This document shows, one piece after another, positions 11,999 to 25,685 of a DNA stretch of 64,000 nucleotides. Below the pieces are notes generated by a model. That model searched no databases. It worked only from the letters and a program-made list of their open reading frames with translations, and was not told the origin of the DNA. The DNA is taken from the NCBI GenBank assembly GCA_951406725.2, contig OX597833.1:3348001-3412000 (forward strand), in the 5' to 3' direction. Position 1 is the stretch's first letter. Every line of letters begins with the position of its first letter. Both the position numbers and the translations under genes were made by a program. Origin of the DNA: Octopus vulgaris. Taxonomy: Eukaryota.

Positions 11999-13199
11999 CA
12001 ATTGTTGTCATAGGACCATCAGCCAACTCTATCATGACCATCTCTCTGCCACAATCCTTTGACAGGGAAGAAGAACAGGAAAGTAGCTTTCCATTGTTTG
12101 GTAAACATGGAGAAGCAATTTAACGTTGGAAGTTGGGTGGTGGTCGTCATTGCATGTGGGGGGGGGTGGACTATTTTCATCAAAGAGAAGGATTGGGTGT
12201 GTAGGGATAAGGGTGGGGGGTGCTAAAGATGGAACTTTTCCCCTCTGGGGCAAATCTCTATCATCCTCTTCAAGTGATATTTGAAGAGGAAACTTTACTG
12301 CATAAATTTGGAGAAAATTAATTTTACTCAATATTTCACTTAAAATGTTGCTGTAATCATCATCAAAGGGGATTTTTAAAAGATACTTAACCATTCACAC
12401 TTGGTGCTGGTGTTGTTGTCATAATTTTTATTATTATTATTATTATTATTCATTGTCATTGCTGTTGTTGTTGCTGTTATTATTATCAATATTGTTATTA
12501 TTATTCATTGCTGTCATTATTTTTTTGTTATTGTTTATTATCATTGTTGATGTTGTTGTCATTACTATTGTTGTTGACGTTGATTCCGCCAAGGTCGACT
12601 TTGCCTTTCATTCTTTCGGGGTTGATTAAATAATTACCAGTTACGCACTGGGGCCGATATAATCGACTTAATCCGTTTGTCTGTCCTTGTTTGTCCTCTC
12701 TGTGTGTAGCCCCTGGTGGGTAGTAAAGAAATAAGTAATAGTAACAGAGAGACAATAGTTACAAAACAAGAACACTATAAGTTACAATGATAAGGGTTTC
12801 GGCTGACCCAGTCAATGGAATAGCCTTCTTGTGAAATTAATGGGCAAGTGGGTGAGTACTCCATAGACAAGGGTACCCTCAATGTAGCTCCCAGTGATAT
12901 TCAGAGTGACTCAGTGTGTGACAAGGAGTTACTAGGAGTTACTATAGAGAAATAATTACTCTACTAATGTATGCAATTTGATTGATTTATGTTGGTGAAT
13001 AAAGATGAGTTTGGCAGGACTTAGACTCAGAATTTAGCTAAAACAACTTGAATACAAAGTAAAGATTATTTGCCAATTAAAGATTATTTAGGATGAATGT
13101 TGCTGTAATTTAGCCTCAGGAGACATCTTATTTTTGAGTATTGTTGCTGAATATCTCACGTTGAAAGATTTATAAATAGTAATTTCCAATTTAAATTCA

Positions 13200-13660
13200 G
13201 TAAAATATTTTGTCCACTCTCCAATTCGAGCAGACCAGGTACTTAAGTATAATAAACTTGACTTAGTGGTGATGGACAAAGCAAACCATGTGTGTTCTGT
13301 AATTGATGCTGCATACCAACTTGACTTATGTATAGTTAGGGAGGAAGGCAAGAAACCCTCTTGAGATAGGCTAACTGTGGGTGATGTAAAAGGTGAAGAC
13401 AGTGCCAATTATTGTTAGGGCCTTGGGGACAGTTTCAAAGGGATATTGAGAAGAACATAAAGAAAATGAGAATGGAGTGTCCAGTAGAGTTATTGCGAAA
13501 GGTTTGCCTCTTTGGCATGGCCAGAATCATTAGGAAAATACAAGACAGGTGAAGATAACGAATAGCATTATACCATAGGCTGCAGGTAGCAAACCCACTG
13601 CTCACACAAGATTCCAGGGGTTGCGGCAAAACCTGAATAAAATGAATAAATAATAATAAT
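13200..13660 (+). mobile_element. R4/Dong-like non-LTR retrotransposon 3' end (restriction-like endonuclease domain)
   Basis: PIRADQVLKYNKLDLVVMDKANHVCSVIDAA...VKTVPIIVRALGTVSK...VELLRKVCLFGMARIIRK resembles RLE consensus TDxxxxHNRPDIVVxDK...VPIVVGALG...LQKxxLLGTARILR; (TAA)n tail. Confidence 0.75.
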
Positions 13661-13665
13661 TTTGT

Positions 13666-13945
13666 AGGCACAGGAGTGGTTGTGTGGTAAGTAGATTGAA
13701 TCCCAACCACATGGTTCTAGGTTCAGTCCCACCAAGTGTCTTCTACTATAGCCTTGGGCCGACCAAAGCCTTGTGAGTGGATTGGGTAGATGGAAACTGA
13801 AAGAAGCCTATTGTATACACACACATACACACATGTGGCTGTGTGGTAAGAAGCTTGCTTCCCAACTACATGGTTCTGAGTTCAGTCCCACTGCATAGCA
13901 CCTTGGCCAGGTGTCTTCTATTATAGCCTCGGGCCAACCAAACCC
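13666..13945 (+). mobile_element. Two tandem SINE-A 5' halves
   Basis: Heads at about 13666 and 13834. Confidence 0.8.
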
Positions 13946-14009
13946 ATAAAAAAAAGACATTTCAACAAATTCCATCTTGACCCATGCAAGCAAAATTGGA
14001 CGATAAACC

Positions 14010-14168
14010 AATGATGATGATGATGATGATGATGGTGATGGTGGTGGTGGTGGTGGTGGTGGTGATGATGATGATGATGATGATGATGGTGATGGTGGTG
14101 GGTGGTGGTGGTGGTGGTGGTGGTGGTGGTGGTGGTGATGGTGGTGGTGGTGGTGGTGGTGGTGGTGG

Positions 14169-14220
<52 letters not shown>

Positions 14221-14298
14221 GATGATGATGGGGATGATGATGATGATGATGATGGGGATGATGATGATGATGATGATGGGGATGATGATGATGAAGGA

Positions 14299-14370
<72 letters not shown>

Positions 14371-14435
14371 CGTGATGATGATGATGATGATGATGAGCGT
14401 GATGATGATGATGATGATCGTGATGATGATGATCG

Positions 14436-14484
<49 letters not shown>

Positions 14485-14603
14485 CGTGATGATGATGATG
14501 ATGATGATGATGATGGGGATGATGATGATGATGATGATGGTAGTGGTGGTGATGGTCGTGGGAGCAATGATTATGATGAATGGGAAAATGACAAGGATAC
14601 TGG

Positions 14604-14635
<32 letters not shown>

Positions 14636-15266
14636 ATGATGGTGATGGTGATGGTGATGATGATGGTTACGGCGGTGGTGGAAGCGATGATTATGATGAA
14701 TGGGAAAATGATAACAATAATTATGACAATGCCTATGACGACGACGATAATGACAATGATGATGATGACGACGACAACGACGATGACGATGATAATAAAC
14801 GAAGCGATGATGTAAAGAAGAAGGCAAGTGCCTGGCAACGTAAAAGACACGACACCCCAGCCATCCGACAATATTCCATGCTATACTTAGAAAGAACACT
14901 TCCAATCAATACCAGTGACAAGCAAACCTAGAATTTCAGATCAATGAATGCATCAGATGGAAAGACTTACAGCAGTATATGCAGCAGCAGAGTGTGTGCA
15001 ACAGTGCATCGGTGAATTGCATTCTGGGAGAGCGTAAAAGTAGCGACGCATTCGCTGTTTTGTGTCACAGGAGGAGACAGCCGTAATGACAACAACAATA
15101 GTAGTGATAATGATGATGATGGTGATGATGATGATGATGATGCTAATAATAACAATAATAATGATGACGATGATGAAGATGATGAGGATGATGATAATAA
15201 TAATAACAACAACGACGACGACGACAACGATGATTATAATAACAATAGCAATAATAATAATAATAA

Positions 15267-15334
<68 letters not shown>

Positions 15335-15341
15335 ATGATAA

Positions 15342-15385
<44 letters not shown>

Positions 15386-15390
15386 ATAAT
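14010..15390. repeat. Compound (GAT)/(GGT)/(TAG)/(AAT) microsatellite block
   Basis: Direct inspection; unique island at about 14790-15080. Confidence 0.95.
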
Positions 15391-15395
15391 AATAA

Positions 15396-15739
15396 AGGGT
15401 AAAGACCCCCTTCGGTCATGAATGACCATGGGATTGCACCTAGAAAGTTACCCTCCTAGACACAAGTCCGGGCAAGGTTGTTTATGGATGACCAGCAGTC
15501 GCCCACGCATACCAGCCTCCCCTCTCCACGCCACCAGTGTTATCCAAGGGAAAGACAAAGGGGCTGATACAGCTTGGCACCAGTGACGTCGCAACTCATT
15601 TCTACAGCTGAGTGAACTGGAGCAACGTGAAATAAAGTGCCTTGCTCGAGAACACAACACGCAGCCCGGTCCGGGATTCGACCTCACAACCTCACGATCG
15701 TAAGCTCGACGCTCTAACCACTGAGCCATGCGCCTTCAC
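15396..15739 (-). mobile_element. tRNA-derived SINE family C, full length, 14-bp TSD
   Basis: A-box TGGCTCAGTGG, B-box GGTCGAATCCC; TSD agtgataataataa at 15382-15395 and 15740-15753. Confidence 0.9.
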
Positions 15740-15743
15740 AGTG

Positions 15744-15776
<33 letters not shown>

Positions 15777-16209
15777 CTACTGAATAATAATAATAATAAC
15801 AACAACAACAACAATAACAATGATGATGATGATGATGATGATGTGTGAATAGAGGTGTCATTGGCTGGTTGTGTCTGTGTGTGCATTTGTGTAGGTGGAT
15901 GTGTGGTGTGTGCTTGTGTATGAAAACATATATAAAGGTGTGCATTTGAGTATGTAGACAGGTACACACATGCACACACACACTCATATATATATATATA
16001 AAATATACAGACAAACACATACCTATAAATGTATACAGGTACATGTGTATATATATATATATGCATATATATGCATATATATCTATATATATCTACATAT
16101 ATATGTGTGTGTGTATAATATGTGTATATATGTATATATGTATATATATAGAGAGAGAGCAAGAGAGTTTGATAGATAGATAGATAATGATATACATATA
16201 CAAGTATAC

Positions 16210-16242
<33 letters not shown>

Positions 16243-16274
16243 TATATATATATATTTTATATATATATGTATAT

Positions 16275-16860
16275 TTCGAACTTCGAACTTTAGGTCTCAC
16301 CGAGGAAATGACTAGAGACCGAGACCTTCGGAAGTATGCTGTGCGTGAGAAGACCCGGCAGGACAAGTGAGACCATCACCCATGGCCTCAGTCCACTTAT
16401 GCATACCTTTCCTTCTTGGGACACAAAACCCTACTTGTGAAGACCTGTTGAGGCAAGTGAAAATCAAAAAATCAAAAAATCAAAAATCAAAATCGATTAG
16501 CATCAATGGAAATTGTAGCTGTGGTACCAGTGCCAGTGGCACATAAGAGAACCATCCGAACGTGGCCGTTGCCAGCCCCACCCCCGACTGGCGTCCATGC
16601 CGGTGGCACGTTAAAAGCACCGTCTGACTGTGGCCGTTTGCCAGCCTCGTCTGGCACGTAAAAAGCACCCACTACACTCATGGAGTGGTTGGCGTTAGGA
16701 AGGGCATTCAGCCGTAGAAACACTGCCAGATCAGACTGGAGCCTGGTGCAGCCTTCTGGCATTCCAGAACCCAGTTGCACCGTCCAACCCATGCTAGCAT
16801 GGAAAACGGACGCTGAAAGATGATGATGATGATGATGATGATGATATATATGATGACGAT
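16275..16860 (+). mobile_element. RTE-clade LINE 3' fragment
   Basis: LRTLGLTEEMTRDRDLRKYAVREKT ORF end, repeated gtggcacgt.aaaagcacc units, (GAT)n tail. Confidence 0.85.
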
Positions 16861-17444
16861 GATATATATATATATAGAGAGAGAGGGGGAAAGAGAGAGT
16901 GATGGAGGAAGAAGGTGGTTGATATATCCACATATCTATACATGTAGTTAAATGAAGCTATGACTTGCAAGTGAGTAAGACCTGGTAAGATGTACAATGC
17001 TTTCTCTAATTCCTTTAGGTACCAGGGTAGTCACAACCAGACATAAAGACCCTCACAAACCTCCCTCATCTTGACCCAGCAGAAGAGCCCTTTCAGCTGA
17101 TGGGAGAAAGGACATCTCCAGCACTAGGCTGGTATGCATTTATAACTGTGTCGACTGGAGCAGCATCTAATGAAGAACCTTGCTCAAGGACGTGATGTGC
17201 CACTACCCAAGCCAAGTATTGAACTCACAACCTCATGACCACAAGCACAAAATCCTAGTAACAATCCCAAGTACATAAAAAGCACTGTATGGAAAGTAAG
17301 AAAGGGGCCAGTGCCTTCTTTAGACATCAGGGTGCAGTGAATAGAAGGGGCCGAGGTCAGGTGTTAGAGGGGTGAGTGATAGCTGCATAACAGAACACAG
17401 TATTGGATGAAACCAAGTAGGTGGTGGGCGGGTGAAACAGTAAA

Positions 17445-17890
17445 GGGAGGAGGAGGAGGAGTAGGAGGAGGGGAGGAAGAATGGAAGAAGAAGAAGAAGA
17501 AGAAGAAGAAGGAGAAGGAGGAGAAGATGATGAAGAAGGAGAAAGAGGAGGGGAGGGGAAGAGGAGATGATGAAGAAGGAAAGGAAGAAAAGAAAGAAGG
17601 AGAAGAAAAAGAAGAAGAAGGAGAAGAAGAAAAAGAAGAAGAAGAAGGAGATGAAGAAAAAGAAGAAGAAGAAGAAGAAGAAGAAGAAGAAGAAGATGAT
17701 GAAGAAAAGGGGGAGGAGGAGGAAGGGAAAAGGAGATGATAAAGAAGGAAATGGGAAGGAAAAGGAGGAGGAGGAGAAGAAGGAGGAGGAGGAGGAGAAA
17801 GAGGGGAGGAAGAGGGAAAGAGGAGATGATGAAGAAGGAAAAGGAGGAGGTGGTGGTGGCTGAGGAGAAGGAGGAGGTGGAGGTGGAGGA
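17445..17890. repeat. (GAA)/(GGA) purine-rich tract
   Basis: Direct inspection. Confidence 0.9.
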
Positions 17891-18700
17891 AGAGACAAAC
17901 AAGCAAGACAAAGGAAAACTGAAAAAGAAGAAACCAAAAGTTATGGAATGGCAAAAGAGCAACATCAACAATTTTCAAGAGATATAAAAAACAACAAAAA
18001 CACAATCACAAAGAAAAACAAACAATGAAATAACAAAAAACAACAAAGATCAGACTCAAAGAATTTTTGGGACAAAAAGGAAACAATAATCCTTCAAAGT
18101 CAAACGGGGGGGGGGGAAGAAAAACACAAAAAGATTCCAAAACCACAAAAAAAAAATTACAAAAAAAATTTACAAAAACAAAGGAAAAAACAAAGAAATT
18201 TCCGAGTCAAAGAGTCATGGCTTTGAATGTTTTAGGAATATTATGGTTTTGGAACCTTAATGTAATTTTGGTGTCGACAAAATGTCTTTGAATGTATGGG
18301 GGGGGAGGGATGGAGGGGGGAAACTGGTGTAAGACATGGCTTTTTTTTTTTGTTGTCAAAGAATGTCTTAAAGTTGAGGAATGTTGAAGGATAGGAGTTT
18401 GCAGTGGTGGGGTAGGGTGGGGTGGTTAGGGGGGGAGTTCGGGGAGTGGTGTTAGAATTGCTGCATATCGTTGTTGTTGTTGTTGTTACACGTGTTGCAG
18501 ACAATACCAGACAGAGTCACGACTACTGCTACTACTACTACTACCATCACCACCACAACCACCACCACCAGCACCAGCACCAGCACTACTACCACCACCA
18601 CCACTATCACCAACATACTATCACCAACACCACCTCCACCACCACCACCACCATCACTACTATCACCACCAAAGAGACCGATAGAATAAGTACTAGGCTT

Positions 18701-19022
18701 AAGGCGGCGAGCTGGCAGAATCGTTAGCACACCGGGCGAAACGCTTAGCAGTACTTCGTCCGACGCTGCATTCTGAGTTCAAATTCCGCCGAGGTTGACT
18801 TTGCCTTTCATCCTTTCGTGGTAGATAAATTAAGTACCAGTTACGCACTGGGGTCGATGTGATCGACTTAATCACTTTGTCTGTCCTTGTTTGTCCTCTC
18901 TGTGTTTGGCCCCTTGTGGGCAATAAAGAAATAAGAATCGTTAGCACGCCGGGTGAAATGCTTAGCAATAATTCATCTGCCGTTATGTTCTGAGTTCAAA
19001 TTCCTCTGACGTCAACTTTGCC
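18701..19022 (+). mobile_element. SINE family B (full unit plus partial second unit)
   Basis: aaggcggcgagctggcagaa head, B-box-like GAGTTCAAATTCC, central gactttgcctttcatcctttcg..gataaattaagtaccag (resembles, from memory, the Meta/Sauria-type SINE central domain). Confidence 0.85.
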
Positions 19023-19041
19023 AACCACTTTACAGTGTGTG

Positions 19042-19095
<54 letters not shown>

Positions 19096-19589
19096 CACAC
19101 ACACAGTAAAGTGGTTGGCACGCGGTTATAAAAGCCATGCCAAAACTGACCTCACCTGTGCTTGTGTTTTATAAAAAGCACTCAGTCCACTCTGCTGGGT
19201 GGTTGGCATCTGGAAGGGCATCCAGCCATAAAACCCTGCCAAAACAGACACAGAAGCTTAGTTGCCTGGCCAACTCCTGTCAAACTGTCCAACCTATGCC
19301 AGCATGGAAGGCAGACATTAAATGATGATGATGATGAGGAGGAGGAGGAGGTTATATGTATACACACACACACACATACATACACACATAGAATACACAC
19401 TGGGATATCCTACTCATGATTTTAAGGTCGTGAGTTCAATTCCCAGTGACACTTTGTGTCCTTGAGCAAGACACTTTATTTCACGGTTCTCCTGTCCACT
19501 CAGCTGGCAAAAACGAGTAGCCCTTTTATTTCAAAGGGTTGGCCCTTTCACATTCTGTGTCACACTGAATCTCCCAGAAATATATATTA

Positions 19590-20190
19590 AAGCAGGGAGC
19601 TGGCAGAAACGTTAGCACACCGGGCGAAATGCTTAGCAGTATTTCGTCTGCTGTTACATTCTGAGTTCAAATTCCGCCGAGGTCAACTTTGCCTTTCATT
19701 CTTTCAGGGTCGATAAATTAAGTACCAGTTACGCACTGGGGTCGATATAATCGACTTAATCTGTCTGTCTGTCCTTGTTTGTCCTCTCTGTGTTTAGCCC
19801 CTTGTGGGTAGTAAAGAAACAGGTATTTTGTCTGCCATTACGTTTTGAGTTCAAATTCCGCCGGGGTCGACTTTGCCTTTCAACCTTTTAGGGTCGATTA
19901 AATAAGTACCAGTTACGCACTGGGGTCGATATAATCGACTTAATCCATCTGTCTGTCCTTGTTTGTCCTCTCTATGTTTAGCCCCTTGTAGGTAATAAAG
20001 AAACAGGTATCTTGTCTGCCATTACGTTCTGAGTTCAAATTCTGTCAGGGTCGACTTTGCCTTTCATCCTTTCGGGGTCGATAAATTAAGTACCAGTTAC
20101 GCACTGGGGCCGATATAATCGACTTAATCCATCTATCTGTCCTTGTTTTTCTCCTCTGTGTTTAGCCCCTTGTGGGTAATAAAGAAATAG
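19590..20190 (+). mobile_element. SINE-B head-to-tail trimer nested in another SINE
   Basis: Junctions at 19822 and 20006; 184-bp period; host SINE at 19411-19590 and 20190-20300. Confidence 0.9.
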
Positions 20191-20609
20191 GTATGTGTGT
20201 CTCTGGAGTATTCAGCCACTTGCATGTTAGCTTCACCAGCTGGCAGTTCCGTTGATCGGATTGAGTGGAACCCTCATCGTCGTAACCGACCAAATGCCAG
20301 GTTACGTATTGCATAGAAAAAAGAAGAGAAAAAACCCACACTCCATTGAGTTTGGACAATGATTAACTTTCTGACTTTCTGAAGAAATTCCAACAGACTT
20401 ATGCAAAACGTAAGAATCTAAAAATTCTAAGACTTTCTGATTCTCATATTCTTCATCTTAAAAAACAGAAAAAACAGAAAAAAGCAGCTGTCATTGTTTA
20501 GGATGTCGGAGAAGAGCAGAGATGGAGACAAAGTCATGTTCGGATGAATGGGACGGCAGCCAAGATCTTTAATCAATTGTGGACAGATTGATGGAGAGGA
20601 TTATGGTGA

Positions 20610-21809
20610 TTGGCACCGGTGGTGGTGGTGGTGGTGGTGGTGGGAGGGGTGGTGATGGGAACTGGGAGTGGTGATGATTGTGGTGGTGATGGTGGTGGTG
20701 GTGGTGGTGGTGGTGGTGGTGATGTGGTGGTGGTGGGTGGTGGTGGTGGTGGTGGTGATGATAATGATGGTGGAGATTGTTCTTGTGATGGTTAGGATGG
20801 GTTAGGATGGTCATGTTAGTGGTAAGTAATGGTAGTGGTGGTTGTGGTGGTAGTGACAGCAGTGGTGGTGGTGGTCGTCGTCGTCATAGTGATGGTGGTT
20901 GTTATTATGGTGATGATAATGATGATGATGCAGGTGGCAATGGTAGCTGTGGTGGTGGTGATGGTGGTGGTGGTAGTAGTGGTGGAGGGACTGAGGTGGT
21001 GGGGTAGCAATTGTGGTGGTGAATGTATGTGATGGCGTTGGTGGGAGTAGTGATAGTGGTGGTGGTGGTAGTGGTGGTGGCGGTGGTAGTAGTGATAGTG
21101 GTGGTGGTGGTAGTGGTGTAGTAGTGATGGTGGCGGTGGTAGTGGTGGTGACGGTGGTAGTGGTGGTGGGTGGTGGCGGTGGTGGTGGTGGTGGTGGTAA
21201 CTATAATGATTGTTAAGGTGGTGGCGGCGGTGGTAGTGATGCTGCTGCCACTGCTGCTACTGCTGCTGCTGCTGCTGCTGATGATGATGATGACGATGGT
21301 TGTAGTAGCGACAGTGATGATGGTGATATTGATGATGACAATGATGACGTTGGCAGTGACGATGTTGGTGGTGGTGGTGGTGGTGGTGGTGGTGGTGGTG
21401 GTGGTGGTGGTGGTGGCGGTGGTGGTGGTGGTGGTGGTGGTGGTGGTGGTGCTAGTATCATTGATAATGTTCTTTGTAACAACAATCAATCGAATCAGGT
21501 TATTAATCTATAACGATGTATTCACAGGATGTCGGATGTCAGCCATGTTTGTAGGTCGGCTCTTCTTGTACTCCACCGCGTACTCCGTACTCCGTACTCC
21601 ACTCTGCTCTACCACATAATGTACTGTAATGGCTGTCTGTCACATGGTTTGCCTTTTGTGTTTGTTTCGCTTTTTTTTTTTTTTTGTCTTTTTTGCTCTT
21701 TTAATTAAAATCCGCTCCGAGACACAGATTTCAGGTGAAAGACATTTAAAATGATATTTACATCTGGATTATGGACGGAAGAATTGATTTCTCTCTCTCT
21801 CTCTCTCTC

Positions 21810-21879
<70 letters not shown>

Positions 21880-22375
21880 ATGTGTCTGAAGGTTGTCTGT
21901 GGGTCCTGTTTATGGTAGTGGTAATGATGATGATGATGATGATAGTGGTGGTGGTGGTGGTGATGATGACAATGATGATGATGGTGGTAGTGGTGATGGT
22001 GGCAATGACGATGATGACGGTAGTGGTGGTGGTGGTGGGGTGGTGATGACGATGATGGTGATAGTGGTAGTGGTAGTGGCAATGACGATGATGGTAGTGG
22101 TGGTGGTGGTGGTGGTGGTGATGACGATGATGGTGATGGTGGTAGTGGTGGTGGCAATGACGATGATGATGGTAGTGGTGGTGGTGGTGGCAATGACGAT
22201 GATGGTGGTGGTGGTGGTGGTGGTGGTGGTGATGGTGGTGGTGGTAGTAGTGGTGGTAATGACGATGATGGTGGTGTTGTTGGTGGTGGCAGTAGTGGTG
22301 ATTGTGATGGTGGTAGTGGTGGTTATGTTGGCAGTGGTGGTGTTGGTGGTGTTGGTGGTGGCGGTAGTGGTGATT
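20610..22375. repeat. (GGT)/(GAT)/(CT) microsatellite block
   Basis: Direct inspection; unique island at about 21460-21785. Confidence 0.9.
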
Positions 22376-22384
22376 GTCCAAAAG

Positions 22385-22676
22385 GACACAATGCCAAACA
22401 GACATAGAGCCAAACGGACGTAAAGCCAAACGGACGTAAAGCCGAACAGACACAATAAAAAAACAAAAACATTCCTACCTACATAGCTTAATGACCAATT
22501 CACCAATTCCACACTTGAGATTTAACGAGATTAAATTTTAATTTTTGTCTGTCTTTTTGGCATCTTGTCCCTCCGGTCTTAAGTCCAGTTAGCATTGTGT
22601 CCAGTCGGCTTAAAGTCCATTCAGCACTTCGTCCATTTGGCCTTTTGACTTTGGCTTCTTGTCCCTCAGCAAAAGT
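22385..22676. repeat. Inverted arrays of a 16-bp unit (MITE/foldback-like)
   Basis: aaagccaaacggacgt x4 at 22390-22453; about 7 degenerate reverse-complement units at 22550-22676. Confidence 0.65.
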
Positions 22677-22689
22677 GCATTCTACATCC

Positions 22690-22910
22690 TCTTTTACTCT
22701 TTTACTTGTTTCAGTCATGTGACTGTAGCCATGCTGGAGCACTGCCTTTAGTCGAGCAAATCGACCCCAGGACTTATTCTTTGTAAGCCCAGTACTTATT
22801 TTATCGGTCTCTTTTTGCCGAACCGCTAAGTTACACGGACGCATACACACCAGCATCGGTTGTCAAGTAATGTTGGGTGGGGGGGGACAAACACAGACAC
22901 ACAAACACGC

Positions 22911-22957
<47 letters not shown>

Positions 22958-23122
22958 CGACGGGCTTCTTTCAGTTTCCGTCTACCAAATCCACTCACAA
23001 GGCTTTGGTCGGCCCGAGGCTATAGTAGAAGACACTTGCCCAAGGTGTCACGCAGTGGGACTGAACCCGGAACCATGTAGTTCGTAAGCAAGCTACTTAC
23101 CACACAGCCACTCCTGCGCCTA
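22690..23122 (-). mobile_element. SINE-A, full length
   Basis: Complete head-to-tail match to family A. Confidence 0.9.
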
Positions 23123-23638
23123 TCCTGTCCGAGTATCATGTGTGTTAGCATGATCCTTATGTTTATGGCCTGTAACTTAACAGTTCAACAAACAGAATCA
23201 ATAAAGTAATGAGAATATTCATAAGTAAATACTGAGATCAATACGACTGACTGAAAACATTTATGGAGCTGCTCCAGCATGGCCACAGTCCAAAAAGGGG
23301 GAAAGAAAAAAGAAAATGGTTCCAAATGGAGGTCAAAATACAGGTTAAAACCAGGAAGGTTAAAATAGGGGTCAATAGAGTTTCTAATTGAATAAGTTGA
23401 CTGGGGTGAAGGGTTAGGGTTTAGTTTCTTTGCTAGTATGGGAGGGGGGAGGTGGGTGACCTGATGGGAACAAGAAAAAGGGAAGGTGTGTGTGTGTGTG
23501 TGTATGTGCGTGCTTGTGCGTGCGTGTGTATATGTGTGTGTGTACCTGTGTGAAAGTTACCACTTATAAACATACAAACATAAATATATATATATGTATA
23601 TATATATATATATGCATATGTATATGTATATGTATATG

Positions 23639-23691
<53 letters not shown>

Positions 23692-23752
23692 TATATGTAG
23701 ATATTTATTTATATATTACTATATATATATATATATATATATATATTTGAAC

Positions 23753-23831
<79 letters not shown>

Positions 23832-24377
23832 CATATATATAAATATATATTTGCATATATATATATATAGATATATATCCACACACACACATATATATAC
23901 ACATATCCATATATATGTATATATGTATGTCTGTACAAATACATATGTTGTGTATGAATGCCAGTGTGTGTATATGCCAATGTATGTCCATGAGTGTGTG
24001 TGTATAAGTGTGTGTATGAGTGTGTGTGTGTGTGTGTGTGCGTGTGTGTGTGTTTGTCCATGTGCATATGTGCATGGGCCTATATTTATATATATGAATG
24101 TATCTGCATTGTGAAGGCCGGTGACCCCATGCCGATGTATGTATGTGTGCGTGTATATATATATACATAAAACTATATGTGTGTGTATGTGTGTGTGTAT
24201 GTGTGAGTGTGTGTTGTGTGTGTATTTAGTATATGTATGCATATGGATATAAATAAAATTTCTCAAAAGTTTCAAGGTAGCTCAGAAAAACAACAACATA
24301 AACTATATATATGCACATATCAATATATATATATGTATGTATGTACATATACATATGTTGTGTATGAATCACGCATG

Positions 24378-24408
<31 letters not shown>

Positions 24409-24549
24409 CGATGATGATGAAAACGATGATGATGATGATGATGATGATGATGACGATGATGATGATGATGATGATGATAATGATGATGATGACGACGACG
24501 ATGATTGATGATGACGATGATGATGATGATGATGATGGTGGTGATGATG

Positions 24550-24581
<32 letters not shown>

Positions 24582-24712
24582 GATGACGATGATGATGATG
24601 ATGATGATGGTGGTGGTGATGATGAAGATGATGATGATGATGATGATGATGATGACGACGACGATGATTGATGATGACGATGATGATGATGATGATGATG
24701 GTGGTGATGATG

Positions 24713-24744
<32 letters not shown>

Positions 24745-24768
24745 GATGATGATGACGATGACGATGAC

Positions 24769-24808
<40 letters not shown>

Positions 24809-24815
24809 GTGATAA
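24378..24815. repeat. (GAT)n with ~160-bp duplication
   Basis: gacgacgacgatgattgatg occurs twice. Confidence 0.9.
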
Positions 24816-25110
24816 GTATGTAGAATGATTGTGTGTGGAAGAGTAACGGAATGAAATAGAAATGTCCAACATATTAAGTGTGTGTTGCCAGTTGCATTGA
24901 TGTGCGCATATGCTTTGCTGCGACTGCTAAAAGGGATAATTAGTTTGGCAAGGAGAGCTGGCACGGAGAGCGATTCTAGGGTTGGCAAACATCGTGTGTT
25001 TGTTTGTTGGAGAAAAAGAAGGAGAGGGAAGGAGAGAGGTTAGGGAGAGAGAGAGAAAGAGAGAGGAAGGGTGAGAGAGAATGCTTATGAGAAAGAGGGA
25101 AAAGATAAGG

Positions 25111-25178
<68 letters not shown>

Positions 25179-25237
25179 ATATATATATACATATATATAT
25201 ATATATACATATATATATATGTATGTATATATATGTG

Positions 25238-25286
<49 letters not shown>

Positions 25287-25289
25287 ATT

Positions 25290-25685
25290 CCTTTATTCTT
25301 TTACTTGTTTCAGTCATATGACTGTGGCTATGCTGGAGCACCACCTTTAGTTGAGAAAATTGACCCCTGTACTTATTCTTTGTAAGCCTAGTACTTATTC
25401 CATTCGTCTCTTTTGCTGAACCGCTAAGTTACGGGGACGTATAACACACCAGCATTGGTTGTCAAGCGATGGTGGGGGCACAAACACACACACACACACA
25501 CATATATATATACATATATGCGATGGGTTCCTTTCAGTTTCTGTCTACCAAATCCACTCACAAGGCTTTGGTCGGCCCGAGACTATAGTAGAAGATACTT
25601 GCCAAAGGTGCCATACAGTGGGACTGAACCCAGAATCATGTGGTTGAGAAGCAAGCTACTTACCACACAGCCATGCCTGCACCTA
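25290..25685 (-). mobile_element. SINE-A, full length
   Basis: Complete match to family A. Confidence 0.9.

Noticed and set aside
15660-15739. tRNA-like sequences at SINE heads
   Set aside because: A/B boxes run directly into SINE bodies and several have TSDs; not tRNA genes.
19590-20190. CRISPR-like or regularly spaced repeats (also 6364-6487, 22390-22453)
   Set aside because: No unique spacers, no cas genes, and eukaryotic context.
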